From a virus, in the IMG/VR virus record IMGVR_UViG_3300041955_000247, positions 1-64,000 of that record: a DNA stretch of 64,000 nucleotides; one strand, given 5' to 3'. Numbering within the stretch: the stretch's first letter is position 1; each line of letters opens with the position of its first letter. Below are positions 1-10,035 of this stretch, piece after piece. The notes below the pieces were generated by a model. The model did no database searches. It saw only the letters and a program-made list of their open reading frames with translations, and was not told the origin of the DNA. The position numbers and the translations under genes were made by a program.

Positions 1-1
1 A

Positions 2-490
2 GTGACGCTCAGTTCGTCGAACGTCATCAGCCAAATGAACGCCCTGTGGGTCCAATTGGTGCGCGGCCGGGATTACCCCGACCTGATCATCATGGACAAC
101 GTCATGTACCGCTACTATCTCCAGGCGCTGCAATCCATTCAGCGCATTGGTCCGGAAGCGGTGCCGGGTGACATGGCCGAAGCCGGGTTCCAGGTTCTCA
201 AGTACCTGAACTCCGACGTCGTGCTGGATGGTGGCTTCCAGGGCTTCAGCACCGATCCGCTGCCGCCTCAGGTGAGTTCGTCCACCAGTGCTGTTGGTGG
301 TGCGCCGTCAACCACGGCCTACTTCCTCAACACCAAGTACCTGCACTGGCGTCCGCATGCCCGGCGCAACATGGTCCCGCTTGATCCGGACCGTTTCTCG
401 ATCAACCAGGACGCCATGGTTCGGCTGATTGGCTGGGCGGGCAACATGACGCTGAGCAACGCCTTCCTCCAGGGTGTCCTCACCTCGTAA
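2..490 (+). CDS. Major capsid protein, C-terminal part (runs off window start)
   Basis: Open from base 1. C-terminus NQDAMVRLIGWAGNMTLSNAFLQGVL resembles capsid proteins of podovirus-like phages; heads the structural module. Confidence 0.75.
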   Translation: MTLSSSNVISQMNALWVQLVRGRDYPDLIIMDNVMYRYYLQALQSIQRIGPEAVPGDMAEAGFQVLKYLNSDVVLDGGFQGFSTDPLPPQVSSSTSAVGGAPSTTAYFLNTKYLHWRPHARRNMVPLDPDRFSINQDAMVRLIGWAGNMTLSNAFLQGVLTS

Positions 491-519
491 GGGGCGGAAC
501 CAGAAAGAGGAGAAAGACG

Positions 520-894
520 ATGCCTACAGCACAAGACCTTATGGGTCATGGCATGTCGTTTGGTGAGGCAGCGGAAATCGGCAACGACCCCGTTACCATC
601 AACGGTGCCGGTACGGCGCAGACTGGAGCAACGGCCATTCCTGAGAACTGCCGTTGTATCTCAGTGAATGGTCAAAGTGGCGCTACTGCCGTTGTGTTGC
701 CAAAGTCTGCCAAGATTGGCACGCCCTACTATGTGGTGGGTACCGGGGCGAGCCAGCCAATTGTGTACTGCCCTTCGGGTCAGTACATGAATGGTTCGCA
801 GAATGCCGGTGTCACGTTGTCTGCGGCTACTGCGGGTGGTCTCTTCATTCAGATATCACTGAACCATTGGATCACCATCCCACTGGCACCCTAA
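520..894 (+). CDS. Putative head decoration / minor capsid protein
   Basis: AGGAG RBS; small G/T/A-rich protein directly after the capsid gene. Confidence 0.5.
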   Translation: MPTAQDLMGHGMSFGEAAEIGNDPVTINGAGTAQTGATAIPENCRCISVNGQSGATAVVLPKSAKIGTPYYVVGTGASQPIVYCPSGQYMNGSQNAGVTLSAATAGGLFIQISLNHWITIPLAP

Positions 895-901
895 CAATTA
901 A

Positions 902-992
902 CCGGGGCAAACCAATGCCCCGGCTTTCTAGCGCGTAACACCGCATGGCAAACCAATGCCGAGGGGTGAGAGTTGAGTTCCCTTCAACCCCT
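902..992 (+). promoter_or_regulatory. Structured intergenic leader: two hairpins with identical GGCA-AACCAA-TGCC, then a third stem before the RBS
   Basis: CCGGGGCA-AACCAA-TGCCCCGG at 902-923; GGCAAACCAATGCC at 906-919 and 947-960; AGGGGT...ACCCCT at 962-992. Confidence 0.5.
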
Positions 993-1008
993 GTAGAGGA
1001 GGCCAAGA

Positions 1009-1587
1009 ATGGCCAACCCGATTATCTACTCTACGACGACCCAATCGGGGATCGACATCAACAGCGTGTTCCTGTTGGACACGGCTAGTCACCCTGAGTA
1101 CCCGGCACCGCCCTTCTACCCCGGCGAACAGGCATGGGGCACCGATGGCAGTGCGTGGGTCTACGCTACCGCCAGCCAAACGCTTCCGGCTGGTGACGTG
1201 GTGGTTGTGTCAGAAGTGCCCGGCTCCTGGTCGGTGGCCCCCATTGGCGGTGCCACCATTGCCACTGCCCCCACCGGTGATCTTCTCGGTGTGGTTGGTG
1301 GACCCAGCGGCACCGTTGCGGTTCCGGCTCCGTCGGGAACGCAAACGGCGGCGTACTTCTGGATCCAGCGTGCAGGCAATGCGCAGAACGTTAGCTGCGC
1401 GGCGTCGACCACGAAGGATGCACAACTGCACTCAAGCGCTACCGTTGCCGGTCAGGTGACCACCACGGCGGGTGGCTCAGGTACGAGCTACAACGTCAAC
1501 GGCATGGTCATCAGTCAGGCCACCGGTTCGTTGGCAGGTCCCAACACGGCAGTTCTCAACTGGCCGGTTGTTGGTGCCACGGGCTAA
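1009..1587 (+). CDS. Putative capsid cement/decoration protein
   Basis: GAGGAGG RBS; S/T/A/G-rich 192 aa in head module. Confidence 0.5.
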   Translation: MANPIIYSTTTQSGIDINSVFLLDTASHPEYPAPPFYPGEQAWGTDGSAWVYATASQTLPAGDVVVVSEVPGSWSVAPIGGATIATAPTGDLLGVVGGPSGTVAVPAPSGTQTAAYFWIQRAGNAQNVSCAASTTKDAQLHSSATVAGQVTTTAGGSGTSYNVNGMVISQATGSLAGPNTAVLNWPVVGATG

Positions 1588-1601
1588 CCTATGCTACCTT
1601 C

Positions 1602-1636
1602 CCCAGCCGGTCTAAACCCCGGCTGGGTTTGTCTTT
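1602..1636 (+). terminator. Rho-independent terminator
   Basis: CCCAGCCGG-8nt-CCGGCTGGG followed by TTTGTCTTT. Confidence 0.65.
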
Positions 1637-1653
1637 ACCACTAGGAGCATGGT

Positions 1654-3060
1654 ATGGAATCGTCTGCGCTCGACATGTTTCAGGCTGCAATCAAGAACCA
1701 AATGAAAGGAAATTTGCCCCAGGCCATGACACAGTTAGACGCTGTGTTGCTGGCCGATCAAACTTTCCACCCGGCGTGGGCCTCACGTGCTGGAATCTTG
1801 AAAGCGCTCGGCCATCCTTTTGATGCAGTTCTGAATTACAATTGCGCAATCAATCTGGTCCCCGACGACGCCAGCTACTACAATGATCGTGGCACGGCCT
1901 ATATGGACCTTGAGCGGTGGGGCACCGCGCTTGATGATTTCAAGCGGGCCAATGCCAGGGACAACAAGATACCAGAAGTCTATTTCAACATTGGTGCCAC
2001 TTTGCTGCGCCAGCGCAAGGTGCGTGAATCCTTGGAATACTTCCAAAAGGCTATTGCATTGAGGCCGGGTTATGCCAATGCGAAGCTGAGCCTTTCCATG
2101 GCCCATTTGATGCTTGGCGAACTTGAAACCGGCTTTGAGCAGTTTGAAGTGCGCTGGGATTGTGGGCAAATGAAGAAGCGCAACCTGCCTTATCCTGAGT
2201 GGGAGGGGGAACGGGCTGACGACCCCAATGACATTTTGCTGCTTTGCGGTGAGCAGGGCATGGGTGACTCCATTCAATTCTGCCGCTACGCCAAGCTGGT
2301 CAAGGCGCGATGGGGGGCGAAGGTTTATTTGGAAGTGCAACACCCCGTGGTGCGGCTGTTGCGTGGTGTGGAAGGGGTGGATGGCATTTTGGCCTTTGGG
2401 GAAAAGATGCCGTTCGGCATCAAAACCTGCATCACCATGCTATCGGCACCCCGCGTGCTGAAAACCACTCTGGACACCATACCCGGCGAATGCCCCTACC
2501 TGCCCTATGATGATTTTCGCGCCTCACTGTGGCGTGACCGGCTGAAGAACTTGCCACCTGGGCTTAAAGTAGGGCTTTGCTGGGCGGGCATGAACCGTGA
2601 GGACGATGTGACGGCTAGGTCCATTGATAGCCGTCGTTCCATGCAGCTTGCCGATTTCAAAACCTTGGGTGCCCTCAAGGGCATTTCTTGGGTTTCACTT
2701 CAGCTAGGCCCACCCAAGGAACAGCTTCGTCTCAACCCCGCAGGCATGACCATTGGTGATTGGACCAGCGATCTCTACGATTTCTTTGATACGGCAGCGT
2801 TGATCCAATGTCTTGATCTTGTGATTACCGTGGATACGTCGGTGGCGCACGTTGCTGCCGGTTTGGGCAAGCCCACATGGCTGCTCAGCCGCTATGACGC
2901 ATGCTGGCGATGGCTTATGGACCGCGACGACACACCGTGGTATCCTACCATGCGCCTCTTCACCCAGAAGAAGCCCTATGACTGGGAAGGTGTGCTGGAA
3001 CGCATGATCATGCCCTTGCAAACCTTGGCCAATCAAGCCCGACAGCGTGATGCTGCATAG
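1654..3060 (+). CDS. TPR-repeat glycosyltransferase (GT9 / heptosyltransferase-like C-terminus)
   Basis: N-terminal TPR-like repeats; EQGMGDSIQFCRY, VGLCWAG and DTAALIQCLDLVITVDTSVAHVAAGLGKPTW motifs. Confidence 0.85.
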   Translation: MESSALDMFQAAIKNQMKGNLPQAMTQLDAVLLADQTFHPAWASRAGILKALGHPFDAVLNYNCAINLVPDDASYYNDRGTAYMDLERWGTALDDFKRANARDNKIPEVYFNIGATLLRQRKVRESLEYFQKAIALRPGYANAKLSLSMAHLMLGELETGFEQFEVRWDCGQMKKRNLPYPEWEGERADDPNDILLLCGEQGMGDSIQFCRYAKLVKARWGAKVYLEVQHPVVRLLRGVEGVDGILAFGEKMPFGIKTCITMLSAPRVLKTTLDTIPGECPYLPYDDFRASLWRDRLKNLPPGLKVGLCWAGMNREDDVTARSIDSRRSMQLADFKTLGALKGISWVSLQLGPPKEQLRLNPAGMTIGDWTSDLYDFFDTAALIQCLDLVITVDTSVAHVAAGLGKPTWLLSRYDACWRWLMDRDDTPWYPTMRLFTQKKPYDWEGVLERMIMPLQTLANQARQRDAA

Positions 3061-3072
3061 AGGAGTTGACCT

Positions 3073-3885
3073 ATGAGTGATGTAGATTATGGCCCGGCTT
3101 TCCGTCCACAGGGCGTTGATTGGAATAATGCCGATCAGACCGTTGGTACCGTCAATTTCCAGGATCGCAACACCCATGCGATCTTTTACATGGATAAACG
3201 CCACAATCCAGCGAAATCTGAGGCTGCCGGTCACCCGGTATTTGACAACATTGCGTTCGTTCGCATTGGCAACCCCGGTGAGCGCTTGAATGTGGTCATT
3301 CGCCCCGCCACTGATGTGGACCGCAGGCGCTTTGCCCTTCAGTGGGCACAGTTCCAGCAGAATGCAGAGCAGCGGCCCGACGGCGCACCCATTTCGCTGC
3401 TTTACCCCAATGACCCGGCGAAGATAGGCTTGCTGGAAGGGTGCAGCGTGTTCACCATTGAGCAATTGGCCGAACTCTCAGGCAACGCCATTGAGAACAT
3501 TGGTATGGGCTGCCAAACCATGGTCAATGAGGCCCAGGCTTACCTGAAGATGGCCAGCAAAGGGGTTGGTGCCATTGAGTTCCGCAAGCAGCTCCAGGAA
3601 CGCGATCAGCGGCTTGCCGCGCAGCAACACCAAATTGACGAATTGAACAACACCGTGACCAAGTTGCTCCGGCAGCTTAAGTCCGGGGCCTTGCGTGAGG
3701 CTGATATTGAGAGCGCAGGCATGATGGAACGCCCCACACATATGCCGCATGCGCAGTTCGACGCGCAGTCGGAACAGATTGCCGCGCTTGATCGGCAGAA
3801 CCGTGGTGCGGGCCGCGTGAAAGCCCCGGCACCGAAGAAAACAGCGTCCAAACCGCGTAGAGAACGCACACGTCTTGCCGAATGA
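3073..3885 (+). CDS. Phage hypothetical protein (HhH-like segment, coiled coil)
   Basis: GAGGAG RBS; FTIEQLAELSGNAIENIGMG segment; 270 aa. Confidence 0.55.
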   Translation: MSDVDYGPAFRPQGVDWNNADQTVGTVNFQDRNTHAIFYMDKRHNPAKSEAAGHPVFDNIAFVRIGNPGERLNVVIRPATDVDRRRFALQWAQFQQNAEQRPDGAPISLLYPNDPAKIGLLEGCSVFTIEQLAELSGNAIENIGMGCQTMVNEAQAYLKMASKGVGAIEFRKQLQERDQRLAAQQHQIDELNNTVTKLLRQLKSGALREADIESAGMMERPTHMPHAQFDAQSEQIAALDRQNRGAGRVKAPAPKKTASKPRRERTRLAE

Positions 3886-3893
3886 GGCACTAG

Positions 3894-4166
3894 ATGGACC
3901 CCACCCAGGCTGCGGCAGCTCTTCAGAACTCAAATCCGGGGGGTATGCAGGGGGCTGCCCCGGTGCCTACCCCGCAGCAGCTCCTGACTATTCAGAACCT
4001 GATGAAAAATCCAGGTGGTCTGGGTGCGATGCAGCCTCAACCAATGCAACCCATGACACCCTCACCGGAGGCACAGCCGTTGAATATGTCACAGGGTGGC
4101 ATGATGCAGCCGATGCAAAATCAGCAACAGCTTTTGCAGTTAATGGGTACGCCGTCAGGCCAATAA
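3894..4166 (+). CDS. Q/P/M-rich small protein, possibly internal virion
   Basis: GAGG RBS; low complexity; tightly packed in operon. Confidence 0.5.
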   Translation: MDPTQAAAALQNSNPGGMQGAAPVPTPQQLLTIQNLMKNPGGLGAMQPQPMQPMTPSPEAQPLNMSQGGMMQPMQNQQQLLQLMGTPSGQ

Positions 4167-4167
4167 G

Positions 4168-5145
4168 ATGCTCACTGCATTAGAAATGGTGCAGGCTGCC
4201 GAAGCAGAACTGGGTTTGCCGCAGTCAACCAGCGCCTATACCACAGCCGCAGATAATACCGGCATGCAAATGGGGGCCTTGGCCAACCGCGTGCTGGACG
4301 AACTGCGCCGCATGAACCGCTGGACTGCCCAGCAATTTGAGTACAACTTGGTTGTCCTGCCACCCACCGATACTACCGGCAATATGGCCGCAGGAAGTGC
4401 GGTCATCACGAACATCCCCAGCACCACAGGGCTGTCTCCCAACTACTGGCAGGTGGCAGGCCCAGGTATCCCTGTGGCGGCACGGCTTCAGTCAGTGGAT
4501 TCCCCCACTCAAGTAACTATGGATATGGAGAACACGAACCCGGAAGCCATAACGGGGGCAGAGATCCAGTTCTTGCTGGATACCTACCCCATGCCGGTGG
4601 GATTTGATTGGTTCAACAACAGGACCATGTGGGACCGCACCAACAGGTGGGAACTGCTTGGCCCAGACAGCCCCCAAATTGACCAGTGGCACCGTTCAGG
4701 TATTGTGGCTACTGGTCCAAGAAGGCACTTCCGCAAAATAGGTCCTTACCCCAGCTCCTTCAGAATTTGGCCGCCACCGGCTGAAATCACCGCGCCGTTG
4801 CAGCTAGTGTTCGAATACCTAAGCATTGCGGCTGTGGCGGTGAACGGCAACATGGCAGATGGCGCTACTTTCTCCCAGTATTTTGAGAATGACGACGATG
4901 TGCCGCTGCTGGACGATCAGGCCATCACCATGGGCATAAAATGGATGTTTTGGGAGGCCAAGGGGTTTGGCTCATACGTCACGCTGCAAAACCGCTGGGT
5001 GGATTACGTGAAGCGGCTGATTGCACGCGACGGCGCTGCGCCGACAATCCCATTGGTGAGCCGGGTCAATCCGATCTTCGTTAGTCCGGCCAACGTTCAA
5101 GACGGTTTTTTCCCAGGTCCAGTCGGCCCAAATCAGGGGATTTAG
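4168..5145 (+). CDS. Head-tail adaptor / tail tubular protein A-like
   Basis: Position; helical N-terminus (AEAELGL), FRIWPPP, C-terminal DDVPLLDDQAITMGIKW. Confidence 0.6.
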   Translation: MLTALEMVQAAEAELGLPQSTSAYTTAADNTGMQMGALANRVLDELRRMNRWTAQQFEYNLVVLPPTDTTGNMAAGSAVITNIPSTTGLSPNYWQVAGPGIPVAARLQSVDSPTQVTMDMENTNPEAITGAEIQFLLDTYPMPVGFDWFNNRTMWDRTNRWELLGPDSPQIDQWHRSGIVATGPRRHFRKIGPYPSSFRIWPPPAEITAPLQLVFEYLSIAAVAVNGNMADGATFSQYFENDDDVPLLDDQAITMGIKWMFWEAKGFGSYVTLQNRWVDYVKRLIARDGAAPTIPLVSRVNPIFVSPANVQDGFFPGPVGPNQGI

Positions 5146-5196
5146 TTGACATTTTAGTAAATTTAATGTACCTCCTAGTTTTTGGAGGGTGTAACA

Positions 5197-5727
5197 GTGA
5201 AAGAACATCGTGGAAATGGAGTAGAATTCAGGGGTGACCCAAAAGGGCAGCTCCTGTCAAGAATATCAAAGAACCCTACCACCGGCTGCTGGATTTGGAT
5301 GGGTGCTTTGTTTCAGGGTAGCGGCTATGGTCAGTTCTCAAATAGGGAACTTTCAAAGTCGCCAACTACAGCACACCGTGCCGCCTGGGAAATTCTTAAA
5401 GGCCCTATTCCTGCTGGCAAAATGGTGCTCCATAAGTGTGATAACAGGAAGTGTGTGAACCCTGACCATTTGTATTGTGGCTCGAATGCTGAAAACATGC
5501 GTGATAGGAGTCTGCGTGGGTATGTACACCAGATGCGTCTTGACGAAGGAAAAGTTCGTGAGATGCGCAAGTTGAGACAAGCAGGGTGGCCTTGGCGTAA
5601 ATTAGCTGCAAAGTATGATGTTCATACTAACGCAATTATTGAGGCTACGATGGGTCGATCTTGGGCCTATGTGGACGAACCGATTCCTACAATAAAAATC
5701 GGTCCTGGCCGTCGTAAGGGTGGCTGA
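5197..5727 (+). CDS. HNH homing endonuclease
   Basis: CWIWMG...AHRAAW...VLHKCDNRKCVNPDHL...N motif; GTG at 5197 after GGAGG; AT-richer insertion. Confidence 0.9.
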   Translation: MKEHRGNGVEFRGDPKGQLLSRISKNPTTGCWIWMGALFQGSGYGQFSNRELSKSPTTAHRAAWEILKGPIPAGKMVLHKCDNRKCVNPDHLYCGSNAENMRDRSLRGYVHQMRLDEGKVREMRKLRQAGWPWRKLAAKYDVHTNAIIEATMGRSWAYVDEPIPTIKIGPGRRKGG

Positions 5728-5728
5728 T

Positions 5729-5851
5729 ATGGCATACAAGAACGGCGATCCACCCTGTCCAAACCCTCCGACGATCACGGTCAATACCGTGGTCATCAAG
5801 CGCGACGACAGCCCCCGCTACATTTACAACCCGGTTCGGCCACTGGGGTAA
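5729..5851 (+). CDS. Small hypothetical protein (40 aa)
   Basis: Read by hand: MAYKNGDPPCPNPPTITVNTVVIKRDDSPRYIYNPVRPLG; fills the gap exactly. Confidence 0.45.
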   Translation: MAYKNGDPPCPNPPTITVNTVVIKRDDSPRYIYNPVRPLG

Positions 5852-5861
5852 GGAGGACAAG

Positions 5862-6128
5862 ATGCCTTCTATAGACGAAATTGTTGCGGCATTGAAGGGT
5901 CAGCCCGTGGCCCCAATGCCTAACACAACAAATGCCCCTGCTGTCCCTCCCCAGCAATTTGCCCAGAACGTACCGCCACCCCAGCCTGCTTGGGCGGGGC
6001 TCCCCCTGCGATTACCGGCTGGTCAATTCACTTCCCCACAAGGACCATTGCAGGTTGTTGGCCCCGCTCAATACAGAAACGCCATGCGAGTGCTTGGTAT
6101 CCAGCCGACCGAGTACAACAAGAAGTGA
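5862..6128 (+). CDS. P/Q-rich small putative virion protein
   Basis: AGGAGG RBS; N-terminal IVAALKGQ. Confidence 0.5.
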   Translation: MPSIDEIVAALKGQPVAPMPNTTNAPAVPPQQFAQNVPPPQPAWAGLPLRLPAGQFTSPQGPLQVVGPAQYRNAMRVLGIQPTEYNKK

Positions 6129-6141
6129 ACGAGGGTGAATT

Positions 6142-7722
6142 ATGCCCTCACAGGCGGAAGTCATTCAGGCGCTGCGCAATGCCGGGCTTAGCCAAGTGCC
6201 GCCGCCGCAATCACCGGCCAGCGTCACCGCTGGCGCAGCACCTTTTGCCAGCGCCCTGGGGCTGCCTGAGGCTTTGCAGGCACTACGCGGCCAGCTAACC
6301 CCTGAGGAGGCCAAGGGCTTTGCGTTGACATCTGCTATGGGCCTGCTGCCGGGTGCCAAGACTGAAACCGCCGCAGTCAAGACCATGGGGGAACTGCTGC
6401 CCCATTTTTATCCTGAAGGGAGTACTTTTGCTAATATGACTCCTAAAGGCTATTTGACAGCCATGGGAAGTTCCCTGCCAGAAAAATTGCCTCAGGATGT
6501 GGAGAATGTACTGAAGCCCTATATGCAGCCTCCCAAAACCGGTAGGGTGCCGGGGCCGGTCAAGATTTATAACCCTCAGGGGAGCCTTGAAGATAAAAAA
6601 GACTTTGTGACCCAGCAACTTGCAGAAATGTGGCACAACGGGGAAAATCTGCCGGGGGCTACAACTAATTCAAAATTTGATATTGAGAATAATATTCTGC
6701 CAAAGCTTGGCATTGCAAAGCATGAATTTTGGGGTGCGGTCGAAGACATGTCCGATAAAATAGATGCTATTAAGCAAGCTGCTGCCAACCCCGGAAAAAT
6801 GCTGCCCCCTGGCATTACCCAAACAGATATTGACAAAGAACTAGCCAAGAACCCAGGTGCTTCAATCTTTGATATTGCCAAGACAAACATTGAGGGACCA
6901 AGTACCCAATACAGTCCTGCACCGCTGACCAATTCTATGTTGGGAACTAAAGGCTACGGCAGTGCTAATGAATCTACTATCCCGCGTGAGGGGGGAATTC
7001 AATATACGCCGCTTAAAGCGTCCATTCTTGGTACCAGCGAGAATCTTCTACATGGGACGAGAATGGGTGATTATGCGTGGAAAACGCCGACTGGTGGGCT
7101 TATGGGCACTGAAGCCGATGCTTTGCGTTTGCCTGATGACGAACTAGGGGTTCATTTTGGCAATCCAAAACAGGCACAGGTATTTGCCAGCAGTTATCTT
7201 GATGAAGGCTATAAGCCCCGGTACTACCCCGTTGTAGTGGCAACGAATAATCCACTCAGAATGCAAGATCTGGGGTCATGGGGCACAGATAATCTTGATA
7301 CTTCCCTGAGAAATTTGAATCGAGGTCGTTTTGGGGGTAAGTATAAGGCAAACATTTCGGGGGGAACAGACATACAGCGTAATTTGGACAGCCCAGAAAC
7401 TGTTGGTAAATTTCCCGACGAAGAAGTAGATAAATTGCATGGTATTCAGGATTACAGGGATTACATTGCGAGCAAAGGCTACGACAGCGTAGTCTATAAA
7501 AATACTGAAGAAGACCCAGGACACGACAGTTACATCAAATTCACGCCATCGCCTGAGGCCCCGGATTTTGTTACAGGTGTGCGTTCCCCGTTTGCCGCGT
7601 TTGACCCGGCCAAGATCATGCGCCCAGAACTGGCGGCAGGCATAGGTGGCGCGGCAGCCCTCAGCCCGCAGGGTCAGGAATACATTCAGGCCCTGCAAAA
7701 CGGGGGCCAGCAGAACCAATGA
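6142..7722 (+). CDS. Putative internal virion protein with C-terminal ADP-ribosyltransferase-like (polyvalent-protein ART) domain
   Basis: LHGT...GVHFG...YPVVVATNNPL...GYDSVVYKN.EE...VRSPFAAFDP pattern. Confidence 0.6.
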   Translation: MPSQAEVIQALRNAGLSQVPPPQSPASVTAGAAPFASALGLPEALQALRGQLTPEEAKGFALTSAMGLLPGAKTETAAVKTMGELLPHFYPEGSTFANMTPKGYLTAMGSSLPEKLPQDVENVLKPYMQPPKTGRVPGPVKIYNPQGSLEDKKDFVTQQLAEMWHNGENLPGATTNSKFDIENNILPKLGIAKHEFWGAVEDMSDKIDAIKQAAANPGKMLPPGITQTDIDKELAKNPGASIFDIAKTNIEGPSTQYSPAPLTNSMLGTKGYGSANESTIPREGGIQYTPLKASILGTSENLLHGTRMGDYAWKTPTGGLMGTEADALRLPDDELGVHFGNPKQAQVFASSYLDEGYKPRYYPVVVATNNPLRMQDLGSWGTDNLDTSLRNLNRGRFGGKYKANISGGTDIQRNLDSPETVGKFPDEEVDKLHGIQDYRDYIASKGYDSVVYKNTEEDPGHDSYIKFTPSPEAPDFVTGVRSPFAAFDPAKIMRPELAAGIGGAAALSPQGQEYIQALQNGGQQNQ

Positions 7723-9368
7723 GAAAAACCAAGAACATATCTAAAATACCGTTCCTAGCGCCGGACGTTGAAACGAAAATTATTCCTTCGCCTACCGATG
7801 GGTGGGATGCCATTTCACCATTGGCGGAGATGGACCCCAAGCGTGCCCCACACCTTGAGAACTGGGTGGCGCGGCCCGGTTACGTGGAAGTGCGACAGGG
7901 TGCTTACCCGTGGAACAAGCCCGACAGCGCCCCGCTTGAAACCATCATGGTCTACCGTGACCCTGAGGGTGAGACCATGTTCGCTGCCTGCGGCAGCACA
8001 ATCTATGATGTCTCAACCTATGGCCTTTCAGTTGCCGTGGTCACCGGCTTGGGTTCGGCCCGTTGGCAGTACGTCAATTTCACGCCCTCTGGTTCCAACA
8101 CCTTTTTGTCCTGCGTCAATGGCGTGGACCAAATGCAGCAGTGGAACGGCACCGCGTGGTCCGTTCCCGTGGTCAGCAACTTCCCCTCAGGTATCAGTTC
8201 CACCGCCCAAGCCATCAACATCTATGCCGCCAAGCAGCGCATTTGGCTGGTATGGAAGAACACCACCTTGGCCAGCTTCTTTGCCACCCAGGCCATCACG
8301 GGTGCGTTGGCGGGCACCCAGGATTTTGGCCCGTTGTTCACCAAGGGCGGCTACCTTGTGGCGGTCAGCGATTGGACAATTGACGGTGGCAACGGCCCTC
8401 AGGATTATGTGGCTTTCATCAGTTCGCGCGGTCAAATAGCGCTGTACTCAGGCACTGACCCGACGAATGCTTCCGCCTGGTCCCTGGTGGGTGTCTTCAA
8501 CCTAGCACCGCCTATGGGTTACCGCTGCGCCTATGGCATTGGTTCAGATATTGCCTTGATCACCCAGCAGGGTGTTCTGCCAATTTCACAGGCATTGCCG
8601 TTTGATCCCTCGGCGGATCGGTCAGTGGCCATCACCGCGCGCATCCAGAATGCGATGGCACAGGCTGCGCAGGTAGGTAACACGCTGTTCGGTTGGCAGT
8701 TGATGTCTTTTCCGCTTCAGCAATTGCTGATCCTCAACGTGCCAATTTCAGAGAATGAAAGCCAGAACCAGTTCGTGATGAATACATTGACCGGTGCGTG
8801 GTCGCAGTTCACCGGTTGGAATGCCAACTGCTTTGAGATCTTTGAGAACAATCTCTATTGGGGCGATAACACCGGTTCTATTTGGCAGGGCTATTCAGGC
8901 TATGCGGATGGCAATGTTGGCGTTCACATAGATATGCAATGCGCCTTCAACTGGTTCGACGAACCGGGGAAGGTCAAGCGCATGACCATGATGCAGCCGT
9001 TGCTGACGACGCAGGGCAACATCACGCCTGTGCTGGAGGTGGACACCGACTTCTCAACCACCTTGGCTGTGCAACCAATCAACATTACTGCGGTAGGTGT
9101 TCTTTGGGATTCCGCTATTTGGGATGTATCACTGTGGCCAGCAGGCACTACAAACTACACGCAATGGCTCACCGTGGAAGCCATTGGTCACTGCTTCGCG
9201 GCGCGTATTCACACTACATTGCCGATTGGAAGCGGTGCCACTGGCCTGTCGGTGTTTGATACAGCCACGTTTGACTTCTCAACTTTTGACGGTTCGCCCA
9301 ATGGCGCGGCCATCACGCTGCAAGTCAATGCTTTCAATGCTATTCTTGAGACCGGGGGCGCTATCTAA
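7719..9368 (+). CDS. Tail tubular / packaged-DNA stabilisation protein (P22 gp10-like)
   Basis: 549 aa, beta-rich and W-rich; position after adaptor. Confidence 0.7.
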   Translation: MRKTKNISKIPFLAPDVETKIIPSPTDGWDAISPLAEMDPKRAPHLENWVARPGYVEVRQGAYPWNKPDSAPLETIMVYRDPEGETMFAACGSTIYDVSTYGLSVAVVTGLGSARWQYVNFTPSGSNTFLSCVNGVDQMQQWNGTAWSVPVVSNFPSGISSTAQAINIYAAKQRIWLVWKNTTLASFFATQAITGALAGTQDFGPLFTKGGYLVAVSDWTIDGGNGPQDYVAFISSRGQIALYSGTDPTNASAWSLVGVFNLAPPMGYRCAYGIGSDIALITQQGVLPISQALPFDPSADRSVAITARIQNAMAQAAQVGNTLFGWQLMSFPLQQLLILNVPISENESQNQFVMNTLTGAWSQFTGWNANCFEIFENNLYWGDNTGSIWQGYSGYADGNVGVHIDMQCAFNWFDEPGKVKRMTMMQPLLTTQGNITPVLEVDTDFSTTLAVQPINITAVGVLWDSAIWDVSLWPAGTTNYTQWLTVEAIGHCFAARIHTTLPIGSGATGLSVFDTATFDFSTFDGSPNGAAITLQVNAFNAILETGGAI

Positions 9369-9832
9369 TGAGTACGGGTTTGCTTTTTCATAATGACGAA
9401 CGGGTGGCCCAGTACCTGTTCGCGAAGTATCACCTGATCCCCATGAAGTACGATCAGGCGGTAGGAATACTGGTTGAGGGTGATCTTAGTGGTGCCGTCT
9501 TGTTCCACGGCTGGAATGGCTTTAATGTGGAACTCAGCTACTACGGCGAATGGACCATGACGCCGGGGGTGATCAAATGCTTGGCGCGAATTTTGGTCTC
9601 AACTTTCAAGGTCAGCCGTGTTACGGTGACGGTCAACCAGCGTAATCGCAAGTTTATTCGCAGCTTGCAGAAGCTTGGTTTCGCGCTTGAGGGCGTACAG
9701 CGGCGTTTCTACGGTTCTCAGGACACAAGGCGTAATACGGGCGTGCGGTTGGTGATGTTCCGCGAACGTCTTGAGCAGTTGTGTCAGTGGCCTGTTGAAC
9801 AAGAGGTCAGCTATGTTCGCACCTACCAGTAA
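9368..9832 (+). CDS. GNAT-family acetyltransferase-like protein
   Basis: RVTVTV...N...LQKLGFALEG.R motif; usual position after gp10-like gene. Confidence 0.7.
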   Translation: MSTGLLFHNDERVAQYLFAKYHLIPMKYDQAVGILVEGDLSGAVLFHGWNGFNVELSYYGEWTMTPGVIKCLARILVSTFKVSRVTVTVNQRNRKFIRSLQKLGFALEGVQRRFYGSQDTRRNTGVRLVMFRERLEQLCQWPVEQEVSYVRTYQ

Positions 9833-10031
9833 TTCAAACGAATATAATCTTCATTCGCCGAACCAGCAGTTCAATCAGCTTATCGGCAAGCTGCCCAATT
9901 GGCAAAGCCGTTTAGGGGCAGGAACCACGGGCGGTGGTGTCAACCTCAGCACGCCGCAGCAGCAACAGGGCATGCCATTTGGTGGTAGCCCAAACGTGGC
10001 AATGATGATCCGCGCATTGATGGGCCACTAA
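9813..10031 (+). CDS. Small Q/G-rich putative virion protein
   Basis: ATG 9813 after GAGG; ends MIRALMGH. Confidence 0.45.
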   Translation: MFAPTSNSNEYNLHSPNQQFNQLIGKLPNWQSRLGAGTTGGGVNLSTPQQQQGMPFGGSPNVAMMIRALMGH

Positions 10032-10035
10032 TAAG

